Assembly (NCBI GenBank): GCA_001001185.1
Contig: LCKC01000003.1
Span: 1 to 32,000, forward strand
Direction: 5' to 3'
DNA: 32,000 nucleotides
From: Parcubacteria group bacterium GW2011_GWB1_45_10
GTDB lineage: Bacteria; Patescibacteriota; Minisyncoccia; UBA6257; Brennerbacteraceae
The notes below the pieces were generated by a model. That model did not search any database. It was given only the letters and a program-made list of their open reading frames with translations, and was not told the DNA's origin. Both the position numbers and the translations under genes were made by a program. Shown piece after piece: positions 23,375 through 30,965 of the stretch (positions are counted from its first letter, which is position 1; every line of letters begins with the position of its first letter).

Positions 23375-24211
23375 ATGATTAGCTACATTTTTTCGAACTT
23401 AGGAATGATTTGGTTTTTGCTTCAGCGCGCCAAGAATTGGAAAGCGCGGATTACCTTCGCCTCCTATATCGCAAGGAACATCCTGCGCCGGCTCATTAAA
23501 AGCGTTCCGTTGCCGGCCGAGATTTTTGCGGAAACAAAAGATTTAGATTTTTATTTTTCGCCTGGCAAAAGCGAACTCTCTCCCTACGTGGAGATTTACC
23601 GCGACCGCGGCTATGAAAAAGACGGGCGGTTTATTGCGAAGCCCGGCGAGACGGTTATAGATGTCGGCGCCCACATCGGCTTTTACGCCATCTGCGAGGC
23701 GAAACGAGTTGGAGAAAAAGGGAAAGTTTTTGTCATTGAACCGAACCCCGATACTTTCGGACGGCTTTTAAAAAACATAAAAGCCAATGATTTAGAGAAC
23801 GTTGTTCCTTTGAATAACGCCGCCACTTCGCGGAAAGGAAGGGTTTTACTCCGGGTTTCCGTAAGTTCGAGCGAAGCCAATACGATTATGGCCTCCGGCA
23901 CAACAGACGATTACGGAGAGGAAATTAAAATCCAAGCCATCGGTCTTGATGAAATTGTTAAAAAATATAACCTTTCTAAGATTGATATTTTGAAAATTGA
24001 CGCCGAAGGCGCGGAAGCGGAAGTGGTTGAGAGCGGTCTCAAAAAGGCCTTGCCGATAACGGAGAAAATCGTGACGGAAACCCACTCTGAAAACCTGAAA
24101 AACGAAGTTAAAAAACTTGTTTTGGGGAACGGCTTTGAACTTGTTGCCGAAGCGTTCTCCGGCGTGAACGCTTTAGGGAGAAATACGATGCTCTATTTCG
24201 TCAGAATTTAA
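23375..24211 (+). CDS. FkbM-family methyltransferase
   Basis: VIDVGAHIGFYA, VFVIEPNPDTF and ILKIDAEGAE, the typical FkbM pattern. Confidence 0.8.
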   Translation: MISYIFSNLGMIWFLLQRAKNWKARITFASYIARNILRRLIKSVPLPAEIFAETKDLDFYFSPGKSELSPYVEIYRDRGYEKDGRFIAKPGETVIDVGAHIGFYAICEAKRVGEKGKVFVIEPNPDTFGRLLKNIKANDLENVVPLNNAATSRKGRVLLRVSVSSSEANTIMASGTTDDYGEEIKIQAIGLDEIVKKYNLSKIDILKIDAEGAEAEVVESGLKKALPITEKIVTETHSENLKNEVKKLVLGNGFELVAEAFSGVNALGRNTMLYFVRI

Positions 24212-24869
24212 CTTCAACGATGCCGCCGTGTTTGCTCCACTCGCCGGGCCAGACATCTTCGGTGAATTTAGTGAGGGTGACTTTCGCCGCGGGCGCGATT
24301 TCTTTGAATAAGGTTTCATAATTGTAGGCCCAGTGGCCCAAATACTCCCAATCTTTCACCGAATTCCATTCAACGAGAATCACCGCATACTTCGCGATTC
24401 TCGCGAGTTCTCTTAATACCCCCTTAATCTTGTTTTTGCCGACGTAAATCAAGACCGCATCCGTAAAGACGACGTCAAAACTTTTGTCAGGAATGTTTTT
24501 CAGATTAAGAACGTTGCCTACCCGGAGTTCAACGTTCTTTATCTTCTGGAGTTCGAGGTATTTTTTGCCGGTTTGAATGGCCGAACCGCTTAGGTCGATG
24601 CCGGAAAACTTCGCTTGCGGCAGTTTTCGGGAGAGCAGGATGAGGTTCGGCCCAGAAGCGCAGCCGATTTCAAGCGCGTTTTGCGGATTGTATTTCGATA
24701 TTTTTTCGACGAGCAGCGACCGGTGGGGATGGGCGAGCGATTGTTTGGAAACGTAATTTTCCGGCCACCGCCGGTCGATGAAATGCCGGAAGCGCCAGAA
24801 CAATAGGTCGCTGGTCGTGCCCAGAACTTTATTTGATATTCTTTTAGCTATTTTTAATAACGTTCTCAT
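24201..24869 (-). CDS. Class I SAM-dependent methyltransferase
   Basis: ALEIGCASGPN motif I and DVVFTDAVLIYV. The ORF-track start at 24920 is a TTG. I prefer the ATG at 24869, which still overlaps the GT4 gene by 26 nt. Confidence 0.7.
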   Translation of the reverse strand: MRTLLKIAKRISNKVLGTTSDLLFWRFRHFIDRRWPENYVSKQSLAHPHRSLLVEKISKYNPQNALEIGCASGPNLILLSRKLPQAKFSGIDLSGSAIQTGKKYLELQKIKNVELRVGNVLNLKNIPDKSFDVVFTDAVLIYVGKNKIKGVLRELARIAKYAVILVEWNSVKDWEYLGHWAYNYETLFKEIAPAAKVTLTKFTEDVWPGEWSKHGGIVEVKF

Positions 24870-25953
24870 ACAATTTTTCAACCTTAGCCATTTCCACGTA
24901 ATAGTTATTTTTTTCTTCAATAATTTGTCGGTTGCGGGCGCCTTGCGATTTCCTCAAACTCTCGTTATTTATGAGAGCTATTATTTTTTCGGCGAGCACC
25001 TCCGGGGATTTTATGGGAATCACAAACTCATTATCCACCCACTCTTTGTTGTCGCCCGAGTCAGTGACGATGACTGGCAGACCCGTCGCCATCGCTTCGG
25101 CCGTTGAAGAGGAGAGACCACTGTCGGAGAGAGCGGTGGAAACGTAAATATCGGCTTCTTGAAGATGGCGCGGTAACTCTTCGTTATTAATTTTACCCAA
25201 AAATTTAACAGAACTTTCAATATTGAGTTCTTTAGCCAGGTTTTCGAGTTTTTCTTTTTCCGGCCCGCCGCCCGCGAGCAGAAATTCAGCATTGGGGGCG
25301 GATTTTAGGACAATAGCCGCCGCCTTTATTAATGTTTCAATGTCGTAAATCGGTACTAAGCTACGCAACGAAATAACTTTCAATGTTTTGGAGGTTGAAC
25401 CTCCTAAAGGAGGTTCAACCTCCTTATGTTGGACTGGTCGAAATTTCTCCACGTCGGTGCCGAAGCGGATAAGATGAATTTTTTCTCGGTCGGCTCCCAA
25501 ACCAATGAGTTTTTGGAACGTATTTTCGCCGTCGCAGGTGTAGGTGTCGGCCCGGTCAACGATGAACATGACTGAGAATTTTCTGATTAATCCGCCAAGA
25601 AGGATGTCTGAGCCCCAGGGAGTGAGGACCGCCGGATGAAAATTCGCGAGGGCGGCGGCGAGGCCGTAAGTGCCGGCTGAGTGGACGTGTAAAAGGTCCG
25701 GCCGCTCAGCCCGCAAAATCCCCTTGATTTGTTTTACCGCTTGCGGCAAATAACGGATGGCAAATCGGCCGTTGATATCGGCAAGAGGCGAGGGCGTTAT
25801 CTCGTAAAATTTTACTTTTTTAACCAAATTCTCCGCTTCTGGAATGGACGGCGCAAAAGAAATCCAGATGATTTCGTGGCCGCGGCTCACGAAAAATTTT
25901 ATCCAGCGGACGCTGTGGATGGAATTGGCACCGGCAAGGTAGGCTATTTTCAT
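24844..25953 (-). CDS. Family 4 (GT-B fold) glycosyltransferase
   Basis: 369 aa with a two-Rossmann layout and EX7E-type C-terminal motif (STAEAMATGLPVIVTDSGDNKEWV). Confidence 0.85.
   Translation of the reverse strand: MKIAYLAGANSIHSVRWIKFFVSRGHEIIWISFAPSIPEAENLVKKVKFYEITPSPLADINGRFAIRYLPQAVKQIKGILRAERPDLLHVHSAGTYGLAAALANFHPAVLTPWGSDILLGGLIRKFSVMFIVDRADTYTCDGENTFQKLIGLGADREKIHLIRFGTDVEKFRPVQHKEVEPPLGGSTSKTLKVISLRSLVPIYDIETLIKAAAIVLKSAPNAEFLLAGGGPEKEKLENLAKELNIESSVKFLGKINNEELPRHLQEADIYVSTALSDSGLSSSTAEAMATGLPVIVTDSGDNKEWVDNEFVIPIKSPEVLAEKIIALINNESLRKSQGARNRQIIEEKNNYYVEMAKVEKLYENVIKNS
25390..25423. repeat. Perfect 15-bp inverted repeat GGAGGTTGAACCTCC-TAAA-GGAGGTTCAACCTCC read in frame inside the GT4 gene
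   Basis: Unit 2 (25409-25423) is the exact reverse complement of unit 1 (25390-25404). On the minus strand it encodes ...KEVEPPLGGSTSK... in the inter-domain linker. Confidence 0.85.
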
Positions 25954-25960
25954 TAGATTT

Positions 25961-25966
25961 ATTTTA
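25961..25966 (-). promoter_or_regulatory. -10-like box TAAAAT, 7 nt upstream of the GT4 ATG at 25953
   Basis: Minus strand reads CCTAAAAT AAATCTA ATG. The -35 is weak. Confidence 0.3.
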
Positions 25967-25980
25967 GGTTATGGCTGGGG

Positions 25981-26014
25981 TAAATGAAAAGCGGATGGCC
26001 AAAAGGTCATCCGC
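25981..26014 (-). terminator. Intrinsic terminator of the zinc-ribbon gene
   Basis: GCGGATGGCC-AAAA-GGTCATCCGC (25991-26014, one mismatch). On the minus strand it is followed by TTTTCATTTA. Confidence 0.55.
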
Positions 26015-26016
26015 TT

Positions 26017-26247
26017 TCACGCTGCTCTTCCCGCCTCAATCAACCGCTTCGCTTCTTCGGCTGCTTGCTGGTCCTTGAAGCCCAGGGTGAGGGTCCATTT
26101 GTAGCCGCATTCCGGGCAGGCGTAATCGCTCACGAGGGAAATGTACCCGTTCAGCACGCAGTCGTCTTCTGTATCGCCGTCTTTTATTACGGAACGAATA
26201 TGCCGCGGCGTCGGCGAGGGCTTGCAGTACGCGCACTCATTTTTCAT
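26017..26247 (-). CDS. Small 4-Cys zinc-ribbon-like protein of unknown function
   Basis: 76 aa with CAYC near the N-terminus and CPEC at residues 44-47. It has its own promoter, SD AAGGA and terminator. High GC. Confidence 0.55.
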   Translation of the reverse strand: MKNECAYCKPSPTPRHIRSVIKDGDTEDDCVLNGYISLVSDYACPECGYKWTLTLGFKDQQAAEEAKRLIEAGRAA

Positions 26248-26273
26248 TTCAATGGTCCTTGTTCGAGTTCTGG

Positions 26274-26302
26274 ATAATAGAGTAGGCGAAAGAATGCTTC
26301 AA
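26274..26302 (-). promoter_or_regulatory. Promoter-like TTGAAG-17-TATTAT for the zinc-ribbon gene
   Basis: Minus strand reads TTGAAG CATTCTTTCGCCTACTC TATTAT, about 26 nt upstream of the ATG at 26247. Confidence 0.4.
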
Positions 26303-26309
26303 AGTCAAG

Positions 26310-27581
26310 TTAAGTTATAATACTCGGTTTCCTCGCTTTTATCGCGCCGCGGGTGTCAATGATAAGCTTCGCGGTTCTCGCAATCATTTTATAGTCGTAA
26401 ATCGAATGGTCGGTGAGAACAAGCACGCAGTCGGCACTCTTTAGCGCTTTTTTATTGAGCGGCACGGAACGGAAGGTTTTGCCGGAAACGTTTATTTGCG
26501 GAATGAACGGGTCATTATAACGGACATTCGCACCCTTCTTTACTAAATCCTTAATGACCTCAACGGCCGGCGATTCGCGCGGGTCATCTATGTCTTTTTT
26601 GTAAGCGACGCCCAGAGCAAGGATTTTCGCTCCGCGCACCGCCTTCTTCTTATTATTAAGAGCCCAGATTACTTTAGTGGCGACGTGGTGAGGCATAAGT
26701 TCGTTTATTTCACCGGCCAAGTCAATGAATCTGGTGAAAAAGTTCAATTCCCGCGCTTTCCAGGAAAGATAAAAGGGATCAAGCGGGATGCAATGGCCGC
26801 CAACGCCCGGTCCCGGATAGAACGGCGTAAAGCCGTAGGGTTTGGTCTTGGCCGCTTCAATCACTTCCCAAAAATCAATGTCCATTTTATCGGCGAGCAT
26901 CTTCAGTTCGTTCACGAGCGAAATATTCACCAAACGGAAAATATTCTCCAAAAGCTTCGTCATCTCCGCTGTTCTTGCGGAGGAAACAGGGTGAACTTTT
27001 TTGAGATAGAGCTGGTAGAACGCCGCAGTTTTATCGGTGGAAATTTTATTGATGCCGCCGACCACTTTTGGAATGTCCGTAAATTTAAATTGCTTGTTGC
27101 CCGGGTCAATCCGCTCCGGCGCAAAAGCGAGATAAAAATCCCGGCCAGCCTTGAGGCCGCTACGCTCCAAAATCGGCAGGAGCAATTCTTCGGTTGTGCC
27201 CGGGTAAGTGGTGCTCTCCAGAACGACAATTACCCCCCTTTTGATATGAGGATAAATTTTTTTGGCCGCGTTCTCTATAAAAGAAGTGTCCGGCGCCTTG
27301 TTCTTATTGAGGGGCGTCGGCACCGTGATGAGAACAACGTTGCATTTCTTAATCGCTTTCCAGTCGGTCGTCGCCCGGAAATTTTTGAGCATTCTTTTCA
27401 CGGTTTCATCCGGAATTTCCGCAATGAAACTTTTGCCGCCGTTCAACTGATTTACCCTTTTCTTGTTGATATCAATACCCGTGACTTTGACGCCGGCCTC
27501 GGCGATAGCAAGCGCCGTCGGTAGTCCCACATAGCCCAGGCCGACAACAGCGACGCTCGTTTTTGAAGCGAATTTTTTCAT
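26310..27581 (-). CDS. Nucleotide-sugar 6-dehydrogenase (UDP-GlcNAc/UDP-ManNAc dehydrogenase family; WbpA/WecC/TviB-like)
   Basis: 423 aa with VAVVGLGYVGLP Rossmann motif and a GPGVGGHCIPLDP catalytic-Cys motif. Confidence 0.85.
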   Translation of the reverse strand: MKKFASKTSVAVVGLGYVGLPTALAIAEAGVKVTGIDINKKRVNQLNGGKSFIAEIPDETVKRMLKNFRATTDWKAIKKCNVVLITVPTPLNKNKAPDTSFIENAAKKIYPHIKRGVIVVLESTTYPGTTEELLLPILERSGLKAGRDFYLAFAPERIDPGNKQFKFTDIPKVVGGINKISTDKTAAFYQLYLKKVHPVSSARTAEMTKLLENIFRLVNISLVNELKMLADKMDIDFWEVIEAAKTKPYGFTPFYPGPGVGGHCIPLDPFYLSWKARELNFFTRFIDLAGEINELMPHHVATKVIWALNNKKKAVRGAKILALGVAYKKDIDDPRESPAVEVIKDLVKKGANVRYNDPFIPQINVSGKTFRSVPLNKKALKSADCVLVLTDHSIYDYKMIARTAKLIIDTRGAIKARKPSIIT

Positions 27582-27591
27582 GTGTTAATAT
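27563..27591 (+). promoter_or_regulatory. Promoter TTGAAG-17-TAATAT for the second Wzy_C gene
   Basis: TTGAAG at 27563-27568, a 17-nt spacer, TAATAT at 27586-27591, 11 nt before the ATG at 27603. Confidence 0.45.
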
Positions 27592-27616
27592 TAACCCCAG
27601 TCATGACCTTTTTCAA
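27588..27616 (-). promoter_or_regulatory. Promoter TTGAAA-17-TAATAT for the dehydrogenase, 6 nt before its ATG
   Basis: Minus strand reads TTGAAA AAGGTCATGACTGGGGT TAATAT TAACAC ATG. Its -10 overlaps the +-strand -10 inside the palindrome GTTAATATTAAC (27584-27595). Confidence 0.45.
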
Positions 27617-28910
27617 AATCTCCAAATTCTTTCTTTACACGGCTCTCCTCGCCGTCATTTTCGTCAATGCCCAGACCCTTTTTCCTTTCATTGTTTTCAA
27701 ATACGTCTTTTTCCGGAGCGCGGTTTTGGCTGCCTTTATTTTCTTTCTCCTGGGTTTTTTGTTTTTGAGCGGTGAGGAAATGGAACAGTTCAAGAGTGAG
27801 GCGAAACGCCGGCTGAAATCGCCGCTCGTCATTGCGGTCTCAATTTTTGTTCTTGCCTTTCTTCTAGCAGGTCTCTTTGGTTTTAATCCTGCTTATTCCT
27901 TTTGGTCCAATTTTGAACGCGGCGAAGGCGGTTTCCAGATGCTCAATTTGTATGTATTTTTCTTGCTCTTAATTTTGCTTTTCCGCGACAAAAAGGACTG
28001 GCTTGCCGCTTTTAAGGTTTCCGTCACGGCGGCATTTTTAATGATTGCTTATGGCGTGCTTGCCGGCCTCGGCGTTCAAGGCTTCGTGGGCGTCCCTTTG
28101 AAAATAGGCCAGCGTTTCCAAGGTTCGCTCGGCAATACGGCTTACGTCGGCACCTATCTTCTTTTCGGGTTGTTTTATGTTTTTTACCTCCTTAAATCTT
28201 TGCGGGGCTTGAAATCGAAGATCGTTTTATGGCCGCTTGTTCCTATTTTTTTGGCAACCATCTGGTTTACCCAAACCCGCGGCGCTTTCTTGGGACTTGC
28301 CGCCGGCGTCGCGGCTTTTCTTTTATTTTCGGCACTCTCTAAAAATGGCGTGTTCCGCCGGGCGAGCGCCATGATCCTTATTATCTTAGTTTTATTGGGA
28401 GCATTTCTCTACCAGATCCGCTCTTCGCCGCTCATGCAGAAACTTTCTCTCACCCGTTTTTTCAACATCACTTTAAGCAATCTCTCCACCCAGAGTCGGT
28501 TTTGGTCTTGGGGTTCGGCGGTTGAGGGCTGGAAGGAGCGGCCGATTTTCGGCTGGGGGCCGGAGAATTACAACCGGCTTTTTGACAAGTATTTTGATAC
28601 GCGCCATTTCGTTCCCAATCAACCATCGGATACCTGGTACGACCGGGCTCACAGCATTATTTTTGATTATTTGGCTGAAACCGGCGTTGTCGGTCTCCTT
28701 GGTTATCTCGGCGTTTTCGGGGTTCTTTTTTTCTGGTTTTTTAAACGTTCGCCCCTCACCGATTTATCTCCGCCGGAGAAGGGACTTGTTCTTGCCATGA
28801 CCGCCGCTTATCTTGTCCAAGGGCTCGTGATTTTCGACGTTTTGCCGATTTACCTTAACCTGTTTTTGTTTTTAGGTTTTGTGAATTTTGCCTATCATAA
28901 AAATGAGTAA
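27603..28910 (+). CDS. O-antigen ligase/polymerase-like (Wzy_C family) membrane protein, paralog of the N-terminal part of 447-2843
   Basis: Multi-TM. Shares LFPF..K..F.RS, ERGEGG, FRDKKDW and WGPENYN...YDRAHS blocks with the 798-aa protein. Start set at the ATG at 27603 because the GTG at 27582 abuts the divergent start. Confidence 0.8.
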   Translation: MTFFKISKFFLYTALLAVIFVNAQTLFPFIVFKYVFFRSAVLAAFIFFLLGFLFLSGEEMEQFKSEAKRRLKSPLVIAVSIFVLAFLLAGLFGFNPAYSFWSNFERGEGGFQMLNLYVFFLLLILLFRDKKDWLAAFKVSVTAAFLMIAYGVLAGLGVQGFVGVPLKIGQRFQGSLGNTAYVGTYLLFGLFYVFYLLKSLRGLKSKIVLWPLVPIFLATIWFTQTRGAFLGLAAGVAAFLLFSALSKNGVFRRASAMILIILVLLGAFLYQIRSSPLMQKLSLTRFFNITLSNLSTQSRFWSWGSAVEGWKERPIFGWGPENYNRLFDKYFDTRHFVPNQPSDTWYDRAHSIIFDYLAETGVVGLLGYLGVFGVLFFWFFKRSPLTDLSPPEKGLVLAMTAAYLVQGLVIFDVLPIYLNLFLFLGFVNFAYHKNE

Positions 28911-29502
28911 CGCCATTTTAAAAATATCCGCAGCAGTTTTGATAATTGCCTCCGCCGCCGGCTGGTGGTTCGGCGCTTATCTTCCCTTCCAGAAATCCAA
29001 GCGGTTCATCGAAGTAATCCGTTCCGGTTCGGTCATTAAGACCATTGATGAATTGGAAAGGCGGTTCAATGCGGTTCTGGATTTTTATTCGCCGGTGGGA
29101 GAAGCCGAGGCCATCGGTTTTTTCGCCGACCAGATGGTCAATGTTTTGGGCACTAAGCCGCCGGCGGATGTGGGCGAGCGATTGATTGCCTACACCGAAG
29201 AAAAAGCGAGGCCGGTTTTGGAAAATCCCGAAAGTCCGGAACTCACCAAGGTTTTCCTTAAAGTGGCAAGCTTAAACGAGGTGGGTTGGATAATTTATCA
29301 AAAAGAAGAATACTTCCGCCGAGCCGAAAATTATCTTCTCGAAGGTTTGAAAATTAGCCCGAACCGCCCCCAATATCTTTACGGCCTTTTCAATCTTTAC
29401 GCGAGCGTGGGTGATAGGGAACGCGTAAAAGCGATTGGGGAAGAAATTCTCCGTTTCTGGCCTAACGATGAAGTTATGCGGGCAAAGGTCAGCCTTCTTT
29501 AA
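28903..29502 (+). CDS. Membrane-anchored TPR-like protein, paralog of the C-terminal tail of 447-2843
   Basis: N-terminal TM helix then YLPFQK (compare YLPVYQ), and SPNRPQYLYGLFN (compare SPNRQGLLYHLAF). The ATG at 28903 overlaps the upstream stop by 8 nt (ATGAGTAA). Confidence 0.65.
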   Translation: MSNAILKISAAVLIIASAAGWWFGAYLPFQKSKRFIEVIRSGSVIKTIDELERRFNAVLDFYSPVGEAEAIGFFADQMVNVLGTKPPADVGERLIAYTEEKARPVLENPESPELTKVFLKVASLNEVGWIIYQKEEYFRRAENYLLEGLKISPNRPQYLYGLFNLYASVGDRERVKAIGEEILRFWPNDEVMRAKVSLL

Positions 29503-30958
29503 CTCCGTTAATAAGAGCGAGGGGGTTTAAATCCCTGATAATGGGTTCCTTGAAGAGCCAGAGTGCGGCGAAATAAACGAGAGCCGCCGCCGCAATAATG
29601 ACGATAACGTTAATTCCCAAACCGCTCGTGGCCAGGATGAAGACCGACATCAAGGCGGCGGCGGCGATTATTTTCGGCAGATGAATCAGAGTTTGGAAGT
29701 TATTAATGCGCTTCATCGCGAGCCAGTTGAATCCGTTCGCCAAAAGCTGGGAGCCGATTGTCGCAATAGCCGAGCCGAAAATGCCGTAAGGCGGGATAAG
29801 GAGAAAATTAAAGATGACGTTCGCAATGGCGCCTAAGCCGATAAACCACATGAACAGCTTTTGCTTGTTGTAAGCGAAGACGGCGTTGGAGATAAGCGTG
29901 CCCGGAAAAACCAGAAAAAAAGTGAGAAGCAAAATCGTAAAGGCCAGGGCCGCCGGAGAGTAGGCCTCGCCGTAGACAAGTGAGATGATGCGGGGCGCGA
30001 GCAGGATGCCGCCCACCGCAAAGGGGAAGGCGAGCAAAAACATCGCTTTAATTGCTTTTTCAAAAATGGAACGGAATCTTTCATTGTCGGTATTTGCGAG
30101 CCGTGAAAGAGAAGGGAATAAGCTGACGATGAGATAGCCGGGGACAAGATAAACAAGGAGGATGATTTTCTGGGCGGCCGAATACAGACCGACGTCGGAA
30201 GCGCCTTTGAGCCACCCCAGCATCAGCATATCGGTGTTTAACATTATCGTGCCCAAAAGTCCCGCGAGCGCAAATGGCCAGGCCTCGGTCAAAATTGGTT
30301 TCACTAGTTCTTTTCGGAAGGAAGAAAAAATTTCCCGGAGATATTTTCTTAGAACGAAAATGACGGCAAAGAGGCCCACGGCGGAGCCGGCGGTATAACC
30401 CATAGTGAGGAGTTTCGTTGAAGGCGCAAGGAAAAGAGCGCCGGCGCCCAAAACGAGGATAGCCAAATTGGTGATAATGCTTACGCCGGCTTCTATCTCC
30501 ATTTTTTCAATAGAGCGGGTGTAGCCGAAAAAGAAATCCCGCAATGTATCAAAAGCAAAAAGGAAAACTATTATGTAAAAAAGCTCCTGCACTCCCTCCA
30601 GTTTCGCGAAGAGAGGCGCTATAAAAAGAATGAGGAGCGCGCTTATTGCCATAAAAATGAATTTTATCCCGAGTGCTGTGCTTAAATACGCCGTGCGTTT
30701 CTCGGGATTTCGGGCGCTCTCGCGGGTGAGGAGCGGCGTAAGGCCGATGTCGGCAAAAATCGCGAAAAAACCGGCAAGCGACAAGGCGTAAGAAAAAACG
30801 CCGTAGCCAGCCACTCCCAAAACGCGGGCGGCGTAAATTATAAGCACCGCCCGGATGAGGCGGCTTATGATATTCCCGAAAGTCAGCCAGAAGGTATTCT
30901 TCAAAACCGTCTGCCGGATACTCTTATTTTCAAAAAGGAAGGACTTCAGGCCTTGCAT
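29489..30958 (-). CDS. wzx: Wzx-type oligosaccharide flippase (MOP superfamily polysaccharide biosynthesis protein)
   Basis: 489 aa, about 12-14 predicted TM helices, family-typical N-terminus (...NTFWLTFGNIISRLIRAVLIIYAARVLG). Confidence 0.8.
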   Translation of the reverse strand: MQGLKSFLFENKSIRQTVLKNTFWLTFGNIISRLIRAVLIIYAARVLGVAGYGVFSYALSLAGFFAIFADIGLTPLLTRESARNPEKRTAYLSTALGIKFIFMAISALLILFIAPLFAKLEGVQELFYIIVFLFAFDTLRDFFFGYTRSIEKMEIEAGVSIITNLAILVLGAGALFLAPSTKLLTMGYTAGSAVGLFAVIFVLRKYLREIFSSFRKELVKPILTEAWPFALAGLLGTIMLNTDMLMLGWLKGASDVGLYSAAQKIILLVYLVPGYLIVSLFPSLSRLANTDNERFRSIFEKAIKAMFLLAFPFAVGGILLAPRIISLVYGEAYSPAALAFTILLLTFFLVFPGTLISNAVFAYNKQKLFMWFIGLGAIANVIFNFLLIPPYGIFGSAIATIGSQLLANGFNWLAMKRINNFQTLIHLPKIIAAAALMSVFILATSGLGINVIVIIAAAALVYFAALWLFKEPIIRDLNPLALINGVKEG

Positions 30959-30965
30959 CTTTTTT

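Noticed and set aside
26685-27524. 279-aa + strand ORF opposite the nucleotide-sugar dehydrogenase
   Set aside because: It overlaps a conserved dehydrogenase gene on the other strand completely, is Arg/Phe-rich and has no motif. Shadow ORF.
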